Virus record (IMG/VR): IMGVR_UViG_3300012156_000175
DNA length: 64,000 nucleotides
Source: a virus
Lineage: Duplodnaviria; Heunggongvirae; Uroviricota; Caudoviricetes
Direction: 5' to 3' (one strand)
Every line of letters begins with the position of its first letter. The stretch's first letter is position 1. The notes under the pieces were generated by a model that was not told the DNA's origin, ran no database searches, and saw nothing but the letters and a program-made list of their open reading frames with translations. Of this stretch, positions 20,039 to 29,412 are shown piece after piece. The translations under genes were made by a program, and so were the position numbers.

Positions 20039-20299
20039 ATGAAAAAACTTAAAAGAGTACTATATAAGTATAGATATTTCATATCAGTACTTTCAATAGC
20101 CGGGATAAATCCGGTCATTAACCTTGCTTCAGGAAGTACTATAACAATGCACACGGTTTTAACAGTGGTGGGATTCGTCTTGGTTTTGTTTGGTGCATTT
20201 TTGGAAAAAGTTGTACGTAAAACTATTAAAATAGCAATAATTGTTGTTGGTCTTTTGTTTGTATTACAAGGAACAATACCATATCTTATAAAAATATAA
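20039..20299 (+). CDS. small membrane protein (2 TM)
   Basis: AAGGAG RBS. Two hydrophobic helices. Confidence 0.5.
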   Translation: MKKLKRVLYKYRYFISVLSIAGINPVINLASGSTITMHTVLTVVGFVLVLFGAFLEKVVRKTIKIAIIVVGLLFVLQGTIPYLIKI

Positions 20300-20365
20300 T
20301 AGATATTGAAAAAAATAATTGCATTGTGATATAATTACCTTCAATTTGAACAATAGGAGGATTAA

Positions 20366-20764
20366 ATGAATCCGTTTGAAATACCATTAACAGAAGAAGA
20401 TATAACAAAACTGAAAGAAATTATAGAAAGAAAAAATCCATGTGACTTGGATATCTCCAAATCCTTTAATTCCATATGGTACAGAGATATGGAATCAGAG
20501 ACGGAGTTGAGACTTTTATTCCTTGGTGAAATCAAATTAACGATTTCGCGAGTAGCATTCAAAAATAAACGAGTCGAAACAATGACTGATGTGTATGAGT
20601 TTTTAAAAGAAATATGTGTAAGCAAAAAAATAGCAAAACTAGTAGTACAATCAGTTGAAACTCCAGAAATGGCTGCGTGGTGTTTGAAAAATGAATTTCA
20701 GCCAAATCAATGTTGTATAGAATTTGAAAACTTTCTTGCGGGCGATTATGAAATTATTTTATAG
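20366..20764 (+). CDS. hypothetical protein
   Basis: AGGAGG RBS. Confidence 0.5.
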   Translation: MNPFEIPLTEEDITKLKEIIERKNPCDLDISKSFNSIWYRDMESETELRLLFLGEIKLTISRVAFKNKRVETMTDVYEFLKEICVSKKIAKLVVQSVETPEMAAWCLKNEFQPNQCCIEFENFLAGDYEIIL

Positions 20765-20823
20765 ATGTTTAAGTTTCTTTTTGTATCTATATAATTAAAA
20801 TTTTAAATGAAAGGGATAAATTT

Positions 20824-21015
20824 ATGTATTGCAGCGAATGTCAATTTTTCGTATATAATCCGATTTGCCCTTATGAAAATCGCCAAAACATTTGCGTCAA
20901 TAAAAATTCGTTCAACCATGGAAAATGGTTAAGAGAGTATGAGCATGCATGTGGTGATGCACAAATGCAGGATAAAACATACGATATGTATAGGCTTGAT
21001 GATGACAAGGATTAA
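20824..21015 (+). CDS. small Cys-rich protein
   Basis: 63 aa with CSECQ…CPYENRQNIC. Confidence 0.4.
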   Translation: MYCSECQFFVYNPICPYENRQNICVNKNSFNHGKWLREYEHACGDAQMQDKTYDMYRLDDDKD

Positions 21016-21077
21016 GATAACTTTCAAGTCAGGAAACCGTGTGAAATATGGCGAGATAGGGAGTGAAATTGATTAAT

Positions 21078-21443
21078 ATGGTTAAGAATAAAAGAAAATA
21101 TGGAACCAAAAACTATGGTAATCGTATGCTGGAATATGATTTTGATAATCATGTTTGGATGTGGGATTGTAAATTCTATTTAAAAGATAAATGTTGGTAC
21201 AATCAATGGACCGACAAACTAGCTGGTGATTTAGATGAAAAGCAACAAAGCATAATTGCTAACTCAATCGAAGATGTATTAACAATAGAAAAGCAACATC
21301 AAATTTCTGAACAATTACAGAAATGCAGAAAGCGTAGATGCCTATGTAAAACATGTGAAAAAATTATGGTGTGTACTGAAGGCTGCAATGAATGTATTCA
21401 GCAAGGAAAAACAGTTAATTTAAGATTTTGCACAATAAAATAA
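21078..21443 (+). CDS. Cys-rich hypothetical protein
   Basis: C-terminal CRKRRCLCKTCEKIMVCTEGCNEC cluster. The exact start is uncertain (GTG 21063 or ATG 21078). Confidence 0.45.
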   Translation: MVKNKRKYGTKNYGNRMLEYDFDNHVWMWDCKFYLKDKCWYNQWTDKLAGDLDEKQQSIIANSIEDVLTIEKQHQISEQLQKCRKRRCLCKTCEKIMVCTEGCNECIQQGKTVNLRFCTIK

Positions 21444-21529
21444 AGGATATACAATAAAACGAAATTAGATTTTTAATTAAGTGAGAATCATCTGTAGTAG
21501 AAATGTCGAAAAAAATAAGGAGAGAAAAC

Positions 21530-21799
21530 ATGAATGAAATAAGAATAATAGCACCTGGAGTTGATTGTAAAATTTCCAAAGTTAATATAGCTACAAAGAT
21601 TGCCTGCGACATAATCGATGAAATTTTTCATAAATCATCATTGGACGTTATGAGTATTCATGAGGCAGATGGTGATTGTGTGGCTGAAATAACGGTTAAA
21701 GATGACTTGTTAAGTATCCGTCAACACGGCAGACGCAGATGTTATATTTTACTCGATGCAGAAGTTGTTATTTCAAATATTATTATTAATCTAATGTAG
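21530..21799 (+). CDS. hypothetical protein
   Basis: RBS AAGGAGAGAAAAC precedes the ATG. Confidence 0.45.
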   Translation: MNEIRIIAPGVDCKISKVNIATKIACDIIDEIFHKSSLDVMSIHEADGDCVAEITVKDDLLSIRQHGRRRCYILLDAEVVISNIIINLM

Positions 21800-21830
21800 T
21801 TGATTTTGTAGTTATGAAAGGAGACTTAGT

Positions 21831-22637
21831 ATGATCAAATTAAATGAAGTGATTTTTGGTAGTGAGGAATTTTCTAATGGAGAAGTTAGTTATAAACCAA
21901 CAGTAATTGAGCCAAAGTTAAACCGTATTGATCTCTATTTTCAGAGTAATAAAGATATCACGGATCTGCAATTTGCAATTGAATTTATTCGTAGCGAAGT
22001 ACCGGACTCTCTGATACATCTTTATATGCTATATGTTCCATATGGGAGAATGGATAGACCAATCAAGGGCTATGTTTTTAGTCTTAAACTGTTTGCCAAT
22101 ATAATTAACCGGTTAAATATAGATGCGATTTTTACTTTAGATAATCATTCTTCTGGTATAACAGATTTAATTAACAATGTCTACATACAAGAGATTAATG
22201 AGTACATAAGAAAAGTTGTAGATATCTATCAACCAGATTATTTATTTTTCCCGGATAAAGGTGCTATGGAAAAATATCCTGGAATCATAGACAGAGAAAT
22301 ATTGAATAGTCATCCTTATTTTTACGGAGAAAAAGCCAGGGTCTTAGATGATAGTCGAGAAATAATAAGTTATGAACTATACAATAAAGAATTAAATATT
22401 GTTGGTAAGAGAGTTTTAATTATTGATGATATCTGCTGCACCGGCGGGACAGTATTAAGAGCAGCGAATATTATGAAGCAAAGAGGAGTAGCTGATATTT
22501 CATTATGGGTTGCACATTGCGAAAACAATGTAATTAAATATGATATAGTAAGGGAAGACAGCCCTATATCTAAAATATATACAAGCAACAGTATCATAAG
22601 AAATTATCAGATTCTGGAGATTGAAATAATCAGTTAA
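21831..22637 (+). CDS. divergent ribose-phosphate pyrophosphokinase (Prs)-like phosphoribosyltransferase
   Basis: It aligns by eye to Prs along its length: FSNGEV vs FSDGEV, VPYGRMDRP vs PYYGYARQDRK, LKLFANII, and the PRTase motif VLIIDDICCTGGT. It is shorter (268 aa) and has an altered RQDRK loop. Confidence 0.55.
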   Translation: MIKLNEVIFGSEEFSNGEVSYKPTVIEPKLNRIDLYFQSNKDITDLQFAIEFIRSEVPDSLIHLYMLYVPYGRMDRPIKGYVFSLKLFANIINRLNIDAIFTLDNHSSGITDLINNVYIQEINEYIRKVVDIYQPDYLFFPDKGAMEKYPGIIDREILNSHPYFYGEKARVLDDSREIISYELYNKELNIVGKRVLIIDDICCTGGTVLRAANIMKQRGVADISLWVAHCENNVIKYDIVREDSPISKIYTSNSIIRNYQILEIEIIS

Positions 22638-22769
22638 ATGTTATTACACATCAGAATAAAAAGCTGATGTGTTTTTGCTAAATAATAATATTTTTTAGTT
22701 GTTTATATATTTTTATCACATAATAAATATATAACTAAAGAGCTCAAGGAGATTAGTTGAAGCGAAGAA

Positions 22770-22843
22770 GGATCATTAGCTCAGTTGGTCAGAGCATCCG
22801 GCTCATAACCGGACGGTCTAGGGTTCGAGTCCCTAATGATCCA
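22770..22843 (+). tRNA. tRNA-Met (anticodon CAT; elongator or Ile2-lysidine type, not initiator)
   Basis: Cloverleaf: GGATCAT/ATGATCC acceptor with G1:C72 paired, D-loop AGTTGGTCA, anticodon loop CTCATAA, T-arm TAGGG-TTCGAGT-CCCTA. Confidence 0.8.
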
Positions 22844-22910
22844 TATGTATGAGTGTGTTATTGAATTATAGCATATTTGTACAGAACTAGAGATAAGGAA
22901 TTGATTGAGT

Positions 22911-22942
22911 AAGGGCTTTGGTGTGAGAGCCCTTATTTTTTA
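22911..22942 (+). terminator. rho-independent terminator (AAGGGCTTTGGTGTGAGAGCCCTT plus T-run)
   Basis: Strong hairpin plus T6. Confidence 0.55.
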
Positions 22943-23033
22943 AAAAAAAAGTACAAATTAAAAAGAAGTCATGATGACTTCTTTATTTATATTAATTCGC
23001 TCATTGTCTCAAGCTAGAATATCCTTCTTGATT

Positions 23034-23783
23034 TTAAATAAAACAATCTTCGCCACCAAAACTATACATTTCATTCCATGTAGATAGTACATCATAGTTC
23101 AATATTTCTTGTGGAATAATATAATCCTCATTACAAAGTTGACTTATTTCAACTCTGGCTCCGTCTCCAAGAAAATCCAATATTGAGCAAGCAATTCCAC
23201 TGATTCTAGCTTTATTTTTCATATCTTTTTTTCGCTTTAAATGTCTGTTTCGATATAAATATTCATATCCTGGTTCAAAGGGTTGGATGTCAAAGGCTTT
23301 ATATTGTGATTTTAATTTATATAAGATATCTACGCCAGAAGAGTCAATGTCACCAAAATAGAAGAATGATGTAATGTCATGTATATCTTTTGTATCATCT
23401 TCATTCATATATTCAAATGAGTTTTGGATTTTTCTTCCCTCTCCATAGATAATTACTTTTATTTCAATGCCACAGATATATCCATACTCTTTAAGTATAT
23501 TCCGAATTGTATACCAGGTATCTTTGTTTTCTACTATCAAAGCGTTTTTACAGTTGCTATAGGGATTTAAAAAATAAATAAAAGGTTCTGGTGTCTTATA
23601 TACATTCAAAGAATTTAATGAAATATGATATTTACTAAGTAAGGATTTTCCATCTGAAGAACCTAAAAATTTTTCGTTTCTAAATATCTGAAAGCTACGT
23701 TCGTTAATTGATAATGGAGTTATAATTCTCCTTGTCTTTAGAAAGTCAGTAAGTTGTTTTTCTTCCAAAGTCATACTGTTCAC
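23034..23783 (-). CDS. standalone Toprim-domain protein (DUF2220 / JetD C-terminal-like)
   Basis: LIVENKDTW (Toprim glutamate) followed about 55 aa later by FYFGDIDSSG (DxD). No JetABC partners nearby. Confidence 0.4.
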   Translation of the reverse strand: MNSMTLEEKQLTDFLKTRRIITPLSINERSFQIFRNEKFLGSSDGKSLLSKYHISLNSLNVYKTPEPFIYFLNPYSNCKNALIVENKDTWYTIRNILKEYGYICGIEIKVIIYGEGRKIQNSFEYMNEDDTKDIHDITSFFYFGDIDSSGVDILYKLKSQYKAFDIQPFEPGYEYLYRNRHLKRKKDMKNKARISGIACSILDFLGDGARVEISQLCNEDYIIPQEILNYDVLSTWNEMYSFGGEDCFI

Positions 23784-24150
23784 CTCCTCTTAACTCTCAT
23801 ATAAATAGAATGTCATTTTTAAATATTTATAAGTATTAACTTAATAACATCACTTTACAACTATGCCAACGAACACTCAGATCTACCAAAAGACATTTCT
23901 TGATAGAATAAGTAACGTAATGTACAGCTTAGTTGTTGGTAAATGTATCAGCTCGTGAGTATAATAACTTGATCTGGAAAAACGTCGAATTTGTTTTCCC
24001 AGTTATAGAGTATAGCTTAGTTGTATAAATGAAATAACTGTTTGCATTAATGTTTTTGGAAATCTTTCGTTTGAAAAATAAAGAGGCTCAATTATCTTCT
24101 TTTGTTTGAAAAAAATTACATTATAAAAATATAGAGTAAAAGGAGATAAA

Positions 24151-24778
24151 ATGAATGACTATTACAGATAATCAAAATATTCTTGCATACCCAGTTTTGA
24201 TTGCAAGGAAAAAAGGCGTTGCATATATAGATGTTCCTGACTTTGATATTCAGATTCAAAAAGAAGATGAAGGCCTTGGTGAAGCAATAACTACTGCCAG
24301 AAAAAATATTACATTAAAAATTGAAGAACTGGTGGAAGAGGAATTAGATATTCCAACAGCAGATTTAATAGAATACAAAAAGAATAAGAATGTTATTTTA
24401 ACATATGTGGATATTGACCTGGCTAAATTACTTAGAAAAAATAAAACCTTAGAAGAGTTAGAAGAAATTGATGCTGCTAGACTTTATTCCATGTGGGATG
24501 TATCTGATAATTGTCTGGAATTCCTTAAAAGACAAAAAGTAATGAAAGTTACATTTTCCCAAATCAAGTATTGTAATAAGATAAACAAACTGGCAGCTAA
24601 ATATCCAGATGAGGTGCAGGTATTAAAGAAGAATAAGGATGGATCCATATTTGCCAAATTGCCACTAAATTATTTGCATATTTACAGACCGAACTCTGGA
24701 TCTAAAAGAGAATATACAGAAGAAGAAAAACAAGTCCTTAGAGAACGACTGGCAAAAAGAGCAAAGCCGATAAGGTGA
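24151..24778 (+). CDS. HicB-like (UPF0150) N-terminal domain protein with a long C-terminal extension
   Basis: YPVLIARKKGVAYIDVPDFDIQIQKEDEGLGEAITTARKNI fits the HicB antitoxin N-domain pattern. No HicA partner identified. Confidence 0.4.
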
Positions 24779-24829
24779 AATCATAAAAAGGCAAGACTGG
24801 ATTAGTAAATTATGATGGAGGAATTATAT

Positions 24830-24976
24830 ATGAATGAGTTGATAAAAGAAATAACGGATTTGCGTGATGGATATCAAAAAGGATTACAAAAAAAAGAACT
24901 ATATTTTGAAAATGTAGTTACAATAGGTGATTTGTTTTTGGAAGATGTTTTTAATACATTTAAAATGAAAATCTGA
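24830..24976 (+). CDS. small protein (48 aa)
   Basis: RBS GGAGGAATTATAT precedes the ATG. Confidence 0.3.
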   Translation: MNELIKEITDLRDGYQKGLQKKELYFENVVTIGDLFLEDVFNTFKMKI

Positions 24977-25029
24977 TATTTACATGTATTGACAATAAGG
25001 AACAGAGATATCTATGTGTTTGTTATGAA

Positions 25030-25269
25030 ATGAGGCAGACCTTGGAGTGGGTAATATGCTATATAGATGATGATACGCTCATCAGAGTGATAAGGAACGA
25101 AGAAGATATTTTATATGCCTACCAAGTAGCAGAAAAACTAATACAGGTTAAGTTTGATGGAGAAAATGAATCATCAATACTGGTAAATTATGATAATTTT
25201 GAGTATGCCCTACTACCTAATAAGGATGTGTTCTTGAAACTTGAAATTCCAAACTGGAATTTCAAGTGA
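25030..25269 (+). CDS. hypothetical protein
   Basis: 79-aa ORF. Confidence 0.35.
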   Translation: MRQTLEWVICYIDDDTLIRVIRNEEDILYAYQVAEKLIQVKFDGENESSILVNYDNFEYALLPNKDVFLKLEIPNWNFK

Positions 25270-25616
25270 TCATATCCAGGATATGACAGACAGAGTATGC
25301 GTTTTGTATATGAGCATCATGATATGAATGCAGAAACAGAAAGGATGATGTGATTTTAGAGTTGATTAATTTGATGGGTGAGTTTGCTGACGAACTGGAA
25401 AAATTTGAATTAGCAACTATGTTGAAAAAGAAGAAAGAATCGATGTTGTGGTTCGAAATTGTGTGTGATAAATGTATCTGAATATATATAGGTTGAAAAG
25501 TATAAATAAGAAAATCAGATATGCACAATCTAACAAGAGAGAGTAATTCTCCTTTTTTGGTTCAAAAATAGAAAGTCTCACATTCTATTTATATAAATAT
25601 ATTTTAGGAGATAAAA

Positions 25617-27701
25617 ATGAAAGAAAAAATCGAGATAGATAAGTTCGGAATTATAAAACTCAAAAAAAATCGATATAGAAAAATTTATAAAATTCAAGAT
25701 GTAAATTTCGAACAAGTATCAAATGAAGAAAAATGCTATATATATCAAGACTATCTTAATATGATTGAAATACTTGATAGTGATACAGAAGTTCAATTTG
25801 TAATTAGTAAAGAAAAAATAGATGAAGAAAAAATATTAAAAGAAATTTCATATCCGATAAGGGCAGATGGGTATAACAAAATTCGCAAATCAAAAAATGA
25901 TATGTTGCAAATCAAACAAAAAGAGATATCAAGATTTAGGCGAGAGTTATACATAATTTTGACTATTAATTATACATCAACAGATGAGGTTATGCAAAAA
26001 TTCAATGAACTTGAAACTAAATTAGATTGTACAATCATGCGTATTAATGGAGCCGGTTACCAGACCATGACTAAGAATGAAATAGTAAGTAAAATATCAG
26101 AAAACCACAATATAGAATCACAAGATGGCTGTTATTATCTTGTTAGAAAAGATAAAACATATTTAAAACAAGGAAAATTTCAGGAGAACTGCTTCTTGAA
26201 AAATAGTTTGGTTTTAGATAGAAATGTTTTGATGGAGGCAATTAGACATAGTTATTCAGAAATGAAAATAACAATTTCTTATAGGAGATTAAATAGAGCA
26301 GCTCAAGTTAAGTTACGAAAAAATAGTAAAAAATTCTTAAATTCACTTGATGATTTTTATAGTACAGAAATCAATCTAAGCATTGAATCAGATTCAAAGG
26401 CAGAGTTAGAAAAAACTAAGCTAATATTAATGTCTACCTTGAATGGTTATCTTCATAGCGGTATGTTATATAAAAACACTAAAGGTAATTGGTTAATAAG
26501 AAAACTCCAAAATAGACACAAAGAATATATAACCAGTCGGCAATTAGCAGAATTTATTCCATTCTCATACTGTAATCAAATGAATCTTGACGGTGTACTT
26601 TATGGCGTTAATAAGCAAACATGTAATTGGCTTTTTTATAATAGAAAAAAAGTCACAAATCCCAATGGTATACTACTAGGTAGTCCTGGCTCTGGTAATA
26701 TTGAAATAATCAAGAATGAAATAGAAAATGTGTTACTTCGGACAGATGATTTTGTTTATCTTATCGATAATGAAAGTGATTATACTGAACTAATAGAAAA
26801 ATATAGTGGGAAAAGAATAACTATAGGTTCAACTGAAAAAAACAATATAAATCCATTAGACTTATATGTCGAACCATTTTTCTTTTCTGATCATTTTAAA
26901 CAAAGGTTTGATCCTCTTTCAATGAAAATCGACTTTATTACTACGCTCTTGTCGGCAAAGCTATTAAGAGACTTATCAACGTTGGAAAGGTCAATTCTTG
27001 ATCGATGTGTTAGAAAATTGTATCAGCCCTATTTAGAACATATGCAGACTTTACAGAAATCACAACCAGAAATATCCGTAGATATTGAAGCAAGCCCATT
27101 AATGCTTGATTTATATCATATTCTAAGTTGCCAACCCGAGAAGGAAGCTCAAATATTAAATATTGCAGTCTTGAATTTGTCAAAATACAGTTATAGAACA
27201 AATGCTGATAAAGCAGATAGATTGGTTGTTTTTCAACCCGAAATTAGTACTAGATATGATACTTGTTCTATGTTAATTGGTTTAGAGTATATCTGGAATC
27301 AAATGTTATTAACCCAAAAGATAAATAAATATAAATGGCTATATGTTAGTAATGCCGAATCAAGTTTAAATTCATTTGGATGGAATTACTTAGGTATAAT
27401 TTATAAGTTGGGTAGAACTAGAGGGTGTATTCCAACTTGTATTATTAGAAATCCCGATATTATTTTAGAGGCACCTGTTAAAATGTCCCTATTAAATAAT
27501 TGCGATACAATTCTAATACTAAATCAATCGGAAGAGATATGCGAAAAATTAAAAGAACTATTGTATATTAATCCTAAAATGATAGAATATTTGAGAAATT
27601 CAGAAGCATATCAAGGATTACTATTTACTTATCGAGATACAATTCCATTTGATTTAAAACCATTATTAGATAAACACAATATTAAAAAAGGAGATAATTA
27701 A
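25617..27701 (+). CDS. VirB4/TraE-like conjugation ATPase homologue with a degenerate Walker A (likely inactive)
   Basis: The N-terminal KIEIDKFGIIKLKKNRYRKIYKIQDVNFE…EEK resembles a VirB4 N-domain. The P-loop position reads LLGSPGSGNI and lacks the Lys/Ser. 694 aa. Confidence 0.4.
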   Translation: MKEKIEIDKFGIIKLKKNRYRKIYKIQDVNFEQVSNEEKCYIYQDYLNMIEILDSDTEVQFVISKEKIDEEKILKEISYPIRADGYNKIRKSKNDMLQIKQKEISRFRRELYIILTINYTSTDEVMQKFNELETKLDCTIMRINGAGYQTMTKNEIVSKISENHNIESQDGCYYLVRKDKTYLKQGKFQENCFLKNSLVLDRNVLMEAIRHSYSEMKITISYRRLNRAAQVKLRKNSKKFLNSLDDFYSTEINLSIESDSKAELEKTKLILMSTLNGYLHSGMLYKNTKGNWLIRKLQNRHKEYITSRQLAEFIPFSYCNQMNLDGVLYGVNKQTCNWLFYNRKKVTNPNGILLGSPGSGNIEIIKNEIENVLLRTDDFVYLIDNESDYTELIEKYSGKRITIGSTEKNNINPLDLYVEPFFFSDHFKQRFDPLSMKIDFITTLLSAKLLRDLSTLERSILDRCVRKLYQPYLEHMQTLQKSQPEISVDIEASPLMLDLYHILSCQPEKEAQILNIAVLNLSKYSYRTNADKADRLVVFQPEISTRYDTCSMLIGLEYIWNQMLLTQKINKYKWLYVSNAESSLNSFGWNYLGIIYKLGRTRGCIPTCIIRNPDIILEAPVKMSLLNNCDTILILNQSEEICEKLKELLYINPKMIEYLRNSEAYQGLLFTYRDTIPFDLKPLLDKHNIKKGDN

Positions 27702-28372
27702 TGGCAAAGAAAAAATATTATGCTGTAAGAAAAGGCAAAGCTACAGGGATATTTGAAAGTTGGGATGAGTGTAAAAACTCTGTTGAAGGATATTCTGGAG
27801 CACAATATAAAGGATTTGCAACTAAAGAAGATGCAGAAGTTTATTTGGAAATCAAGCTGCAACCAAGGGAGATAGTTAAAAAACATGAGGATATCATCAA
27901 GGACAAAAGTAATGATGGTTTAAACGAAGGTACTATTATTGCATATGTAGATGGTAGTTACAATAAAGATAAAAATATATACGGATCAGGAGTTCTTTTG
28001 CTATCAAAAAACATCGAAAAGGAAATCAGCAAAACTGGAAATGATGAAATCATGTTAGAAATGTGGAATGTGGCGGGTGAGGTATGCGCTGCAATGATTG
28101 CTATTGAAGAAGCTATAAAGCTAGGATTTAAAAAGATTATTATTTACCATGATTACACTGGTATAGCAGGTTGGGTGAATGGGTACAGTTCTGATGGGAA
28201 ACCATCAAAAATATGGAAGGCCAAAGAAAAGGGATCTGCCGTATATAAGCAGTTCGCCTCAAAAGCAAAAGAAATCATTAATATCGAATTTGTTAAAGTC
28301 AAAGCCCATTCGGACAATGAGTTCAATAGCAGAGTAGATAAGCTGGCTAAAGAAGCCTGTGGAATAAAATAA
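27701..28372 (+). CDS. rnhA: ribonuclease HI with an N-terminal viroplasmin-like (RNase H1 N-terminal) domain
   Basis: YYAVRKGKATGIFESWDECKNSVEGYSGAQYKGFATKEDAEVYL is followed by the RNase H core YVDGSY…KAHSDNEFNSRVDKLAKEA. Confidence 0.8.
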   Translation: MAKKKYYAVRKGKATGIFESWDECKNSVEGYSGAQYKGFATKEDAEVYLEIKLQPREIVKKHEDIIKDKSNDGLNEGTIIAYVDGSYNKDKNIYGSGVLLLSKNIEKEISKTGNDEIMLEMWNVAGEVCAAMIAIEEAIKLGFKKIIIYHDYTGIAGWVNGYSSDGKPSKIWKAKEKGSAVYKQFASKAKEIINIEFVKVKAHSDNEFNSRVDKLAKEACGIK

Positions 28373-28536
28373 AAAGAGAACTTTGTTTCTCCTTTTTAGA
28401 TTGAAATGAAAAAAATAAGTGTTAAAATATGAAAAAGAATTGTGGTATTACTAAAAATAATCTATTAAGAATAAATTTCAAACATACTAGTAATATTCAC
28501 ACAAAACAGGAGATAAAGAAAGAGAGAAATAACAAT

Positions 28537-29226
28537 ATGAGTGAATTAAAGAAAGAGAAGGATGCCTTTGGTGAAACCACATCTCACCCATCATATGGAA
28601 TGCTATCCTTCAGCCGAAGAACTGGCGGAAAGAACCATTTGTTTGGAAGTAGTATCGAACATAGGGATACAATAGTAATGACTCTGCGTCATGGAGAAAT
28701 GTCCAGAAAATTAAATTCAGACTGGTATTATGGAAATAAAAGGATTGCTGAAGTGGAAATGAGCTATGCACAATTTGCAGAAGCAATTACATCTATGAAT
28801 ATGGGAAGTGGTGTTCCTGTTACTGTTCGTTGGACCGAAAAAGATGGTTCGGTGCCAGAATGTGATTTCATCAACAAAAGAATACAATTTCAGGATGAAT
28901 TCTCGAAACAAATGAATGAAGTGAATCAAAATATGAATAGATTGGTAAAAGAAGTTAGTACCATGTTTTCTGACAAGAAGAACATTAACCAAACAGACAG
29001 GAAAAACATTCTTAGCTCGCTATTACAAATTCAAACAGAAGTATCAAGTAATACCAAGTACGCCTATAAATGCTTTAATGAACAACTGGATAAAACTGTT
29101 ACAGAAGCTAAAGGTGAAATTGAGGCTTTCTGTCAAAATAAAATCAATTCGATTGCACAGAGAGCTTTGGTGGAACATAGTGATGAAGTTAGACTATTAG
29201 AAAATCCTGTAGATATTGATATGTAA
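28537..29226 (+). CDS. hypothetical protein
   Basis: RBS ACAGGAGATAAAGAAAGAGAG precedes the ATG (Met37 of the track ORF). Confidence 0.5.
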   Translation: MSELKKEKDAFGETTSHPSYGMLSFSRRTGGKNHLFGSSIEHRDTIVMTLRHGEMSRKLNSDWYYGNKRIAEVEMSYAQFAEAITSMNMGSGVPVTVRWTEKDGSVPECDFINKRIQFQDEFSKQMNEVNQNMNRLVKEVSTMFSDKKNINQTDRKNILSSLLQIQTEVSSNTKYAYKCFNEQLDKTVTEAKGEIEAFCQNKINSIAQRALVEHSDEVRLLENPVDIDM

Positions 29227-29412
29227 AACCTAAAATGAAATAAAAAGAAGAACCTCGGTTCTTCTTTTTATTTATGGTTTTATCCAATTTTGTATTGCAT
29301 ATGCAGGCAGAAACACTTTCAGCAGAGTTCTGTTTAGTATGCAATTAGAATATTAAATGCAACTAAATTTTGGCATATTACATTTGATAACATTTTAAAG
29401 AAGGAGAAAAAG

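Noticed and set aside
1300-27701. An intact integrative conjugative element spanning the T4CP and VirB4-like genes
   Set aside because: The two genes are 23 kb apart, separated by housekeeping genes (rnj, rarA, tRNAs). No relaxase, integrase or other T4SS components are present. Only relics.
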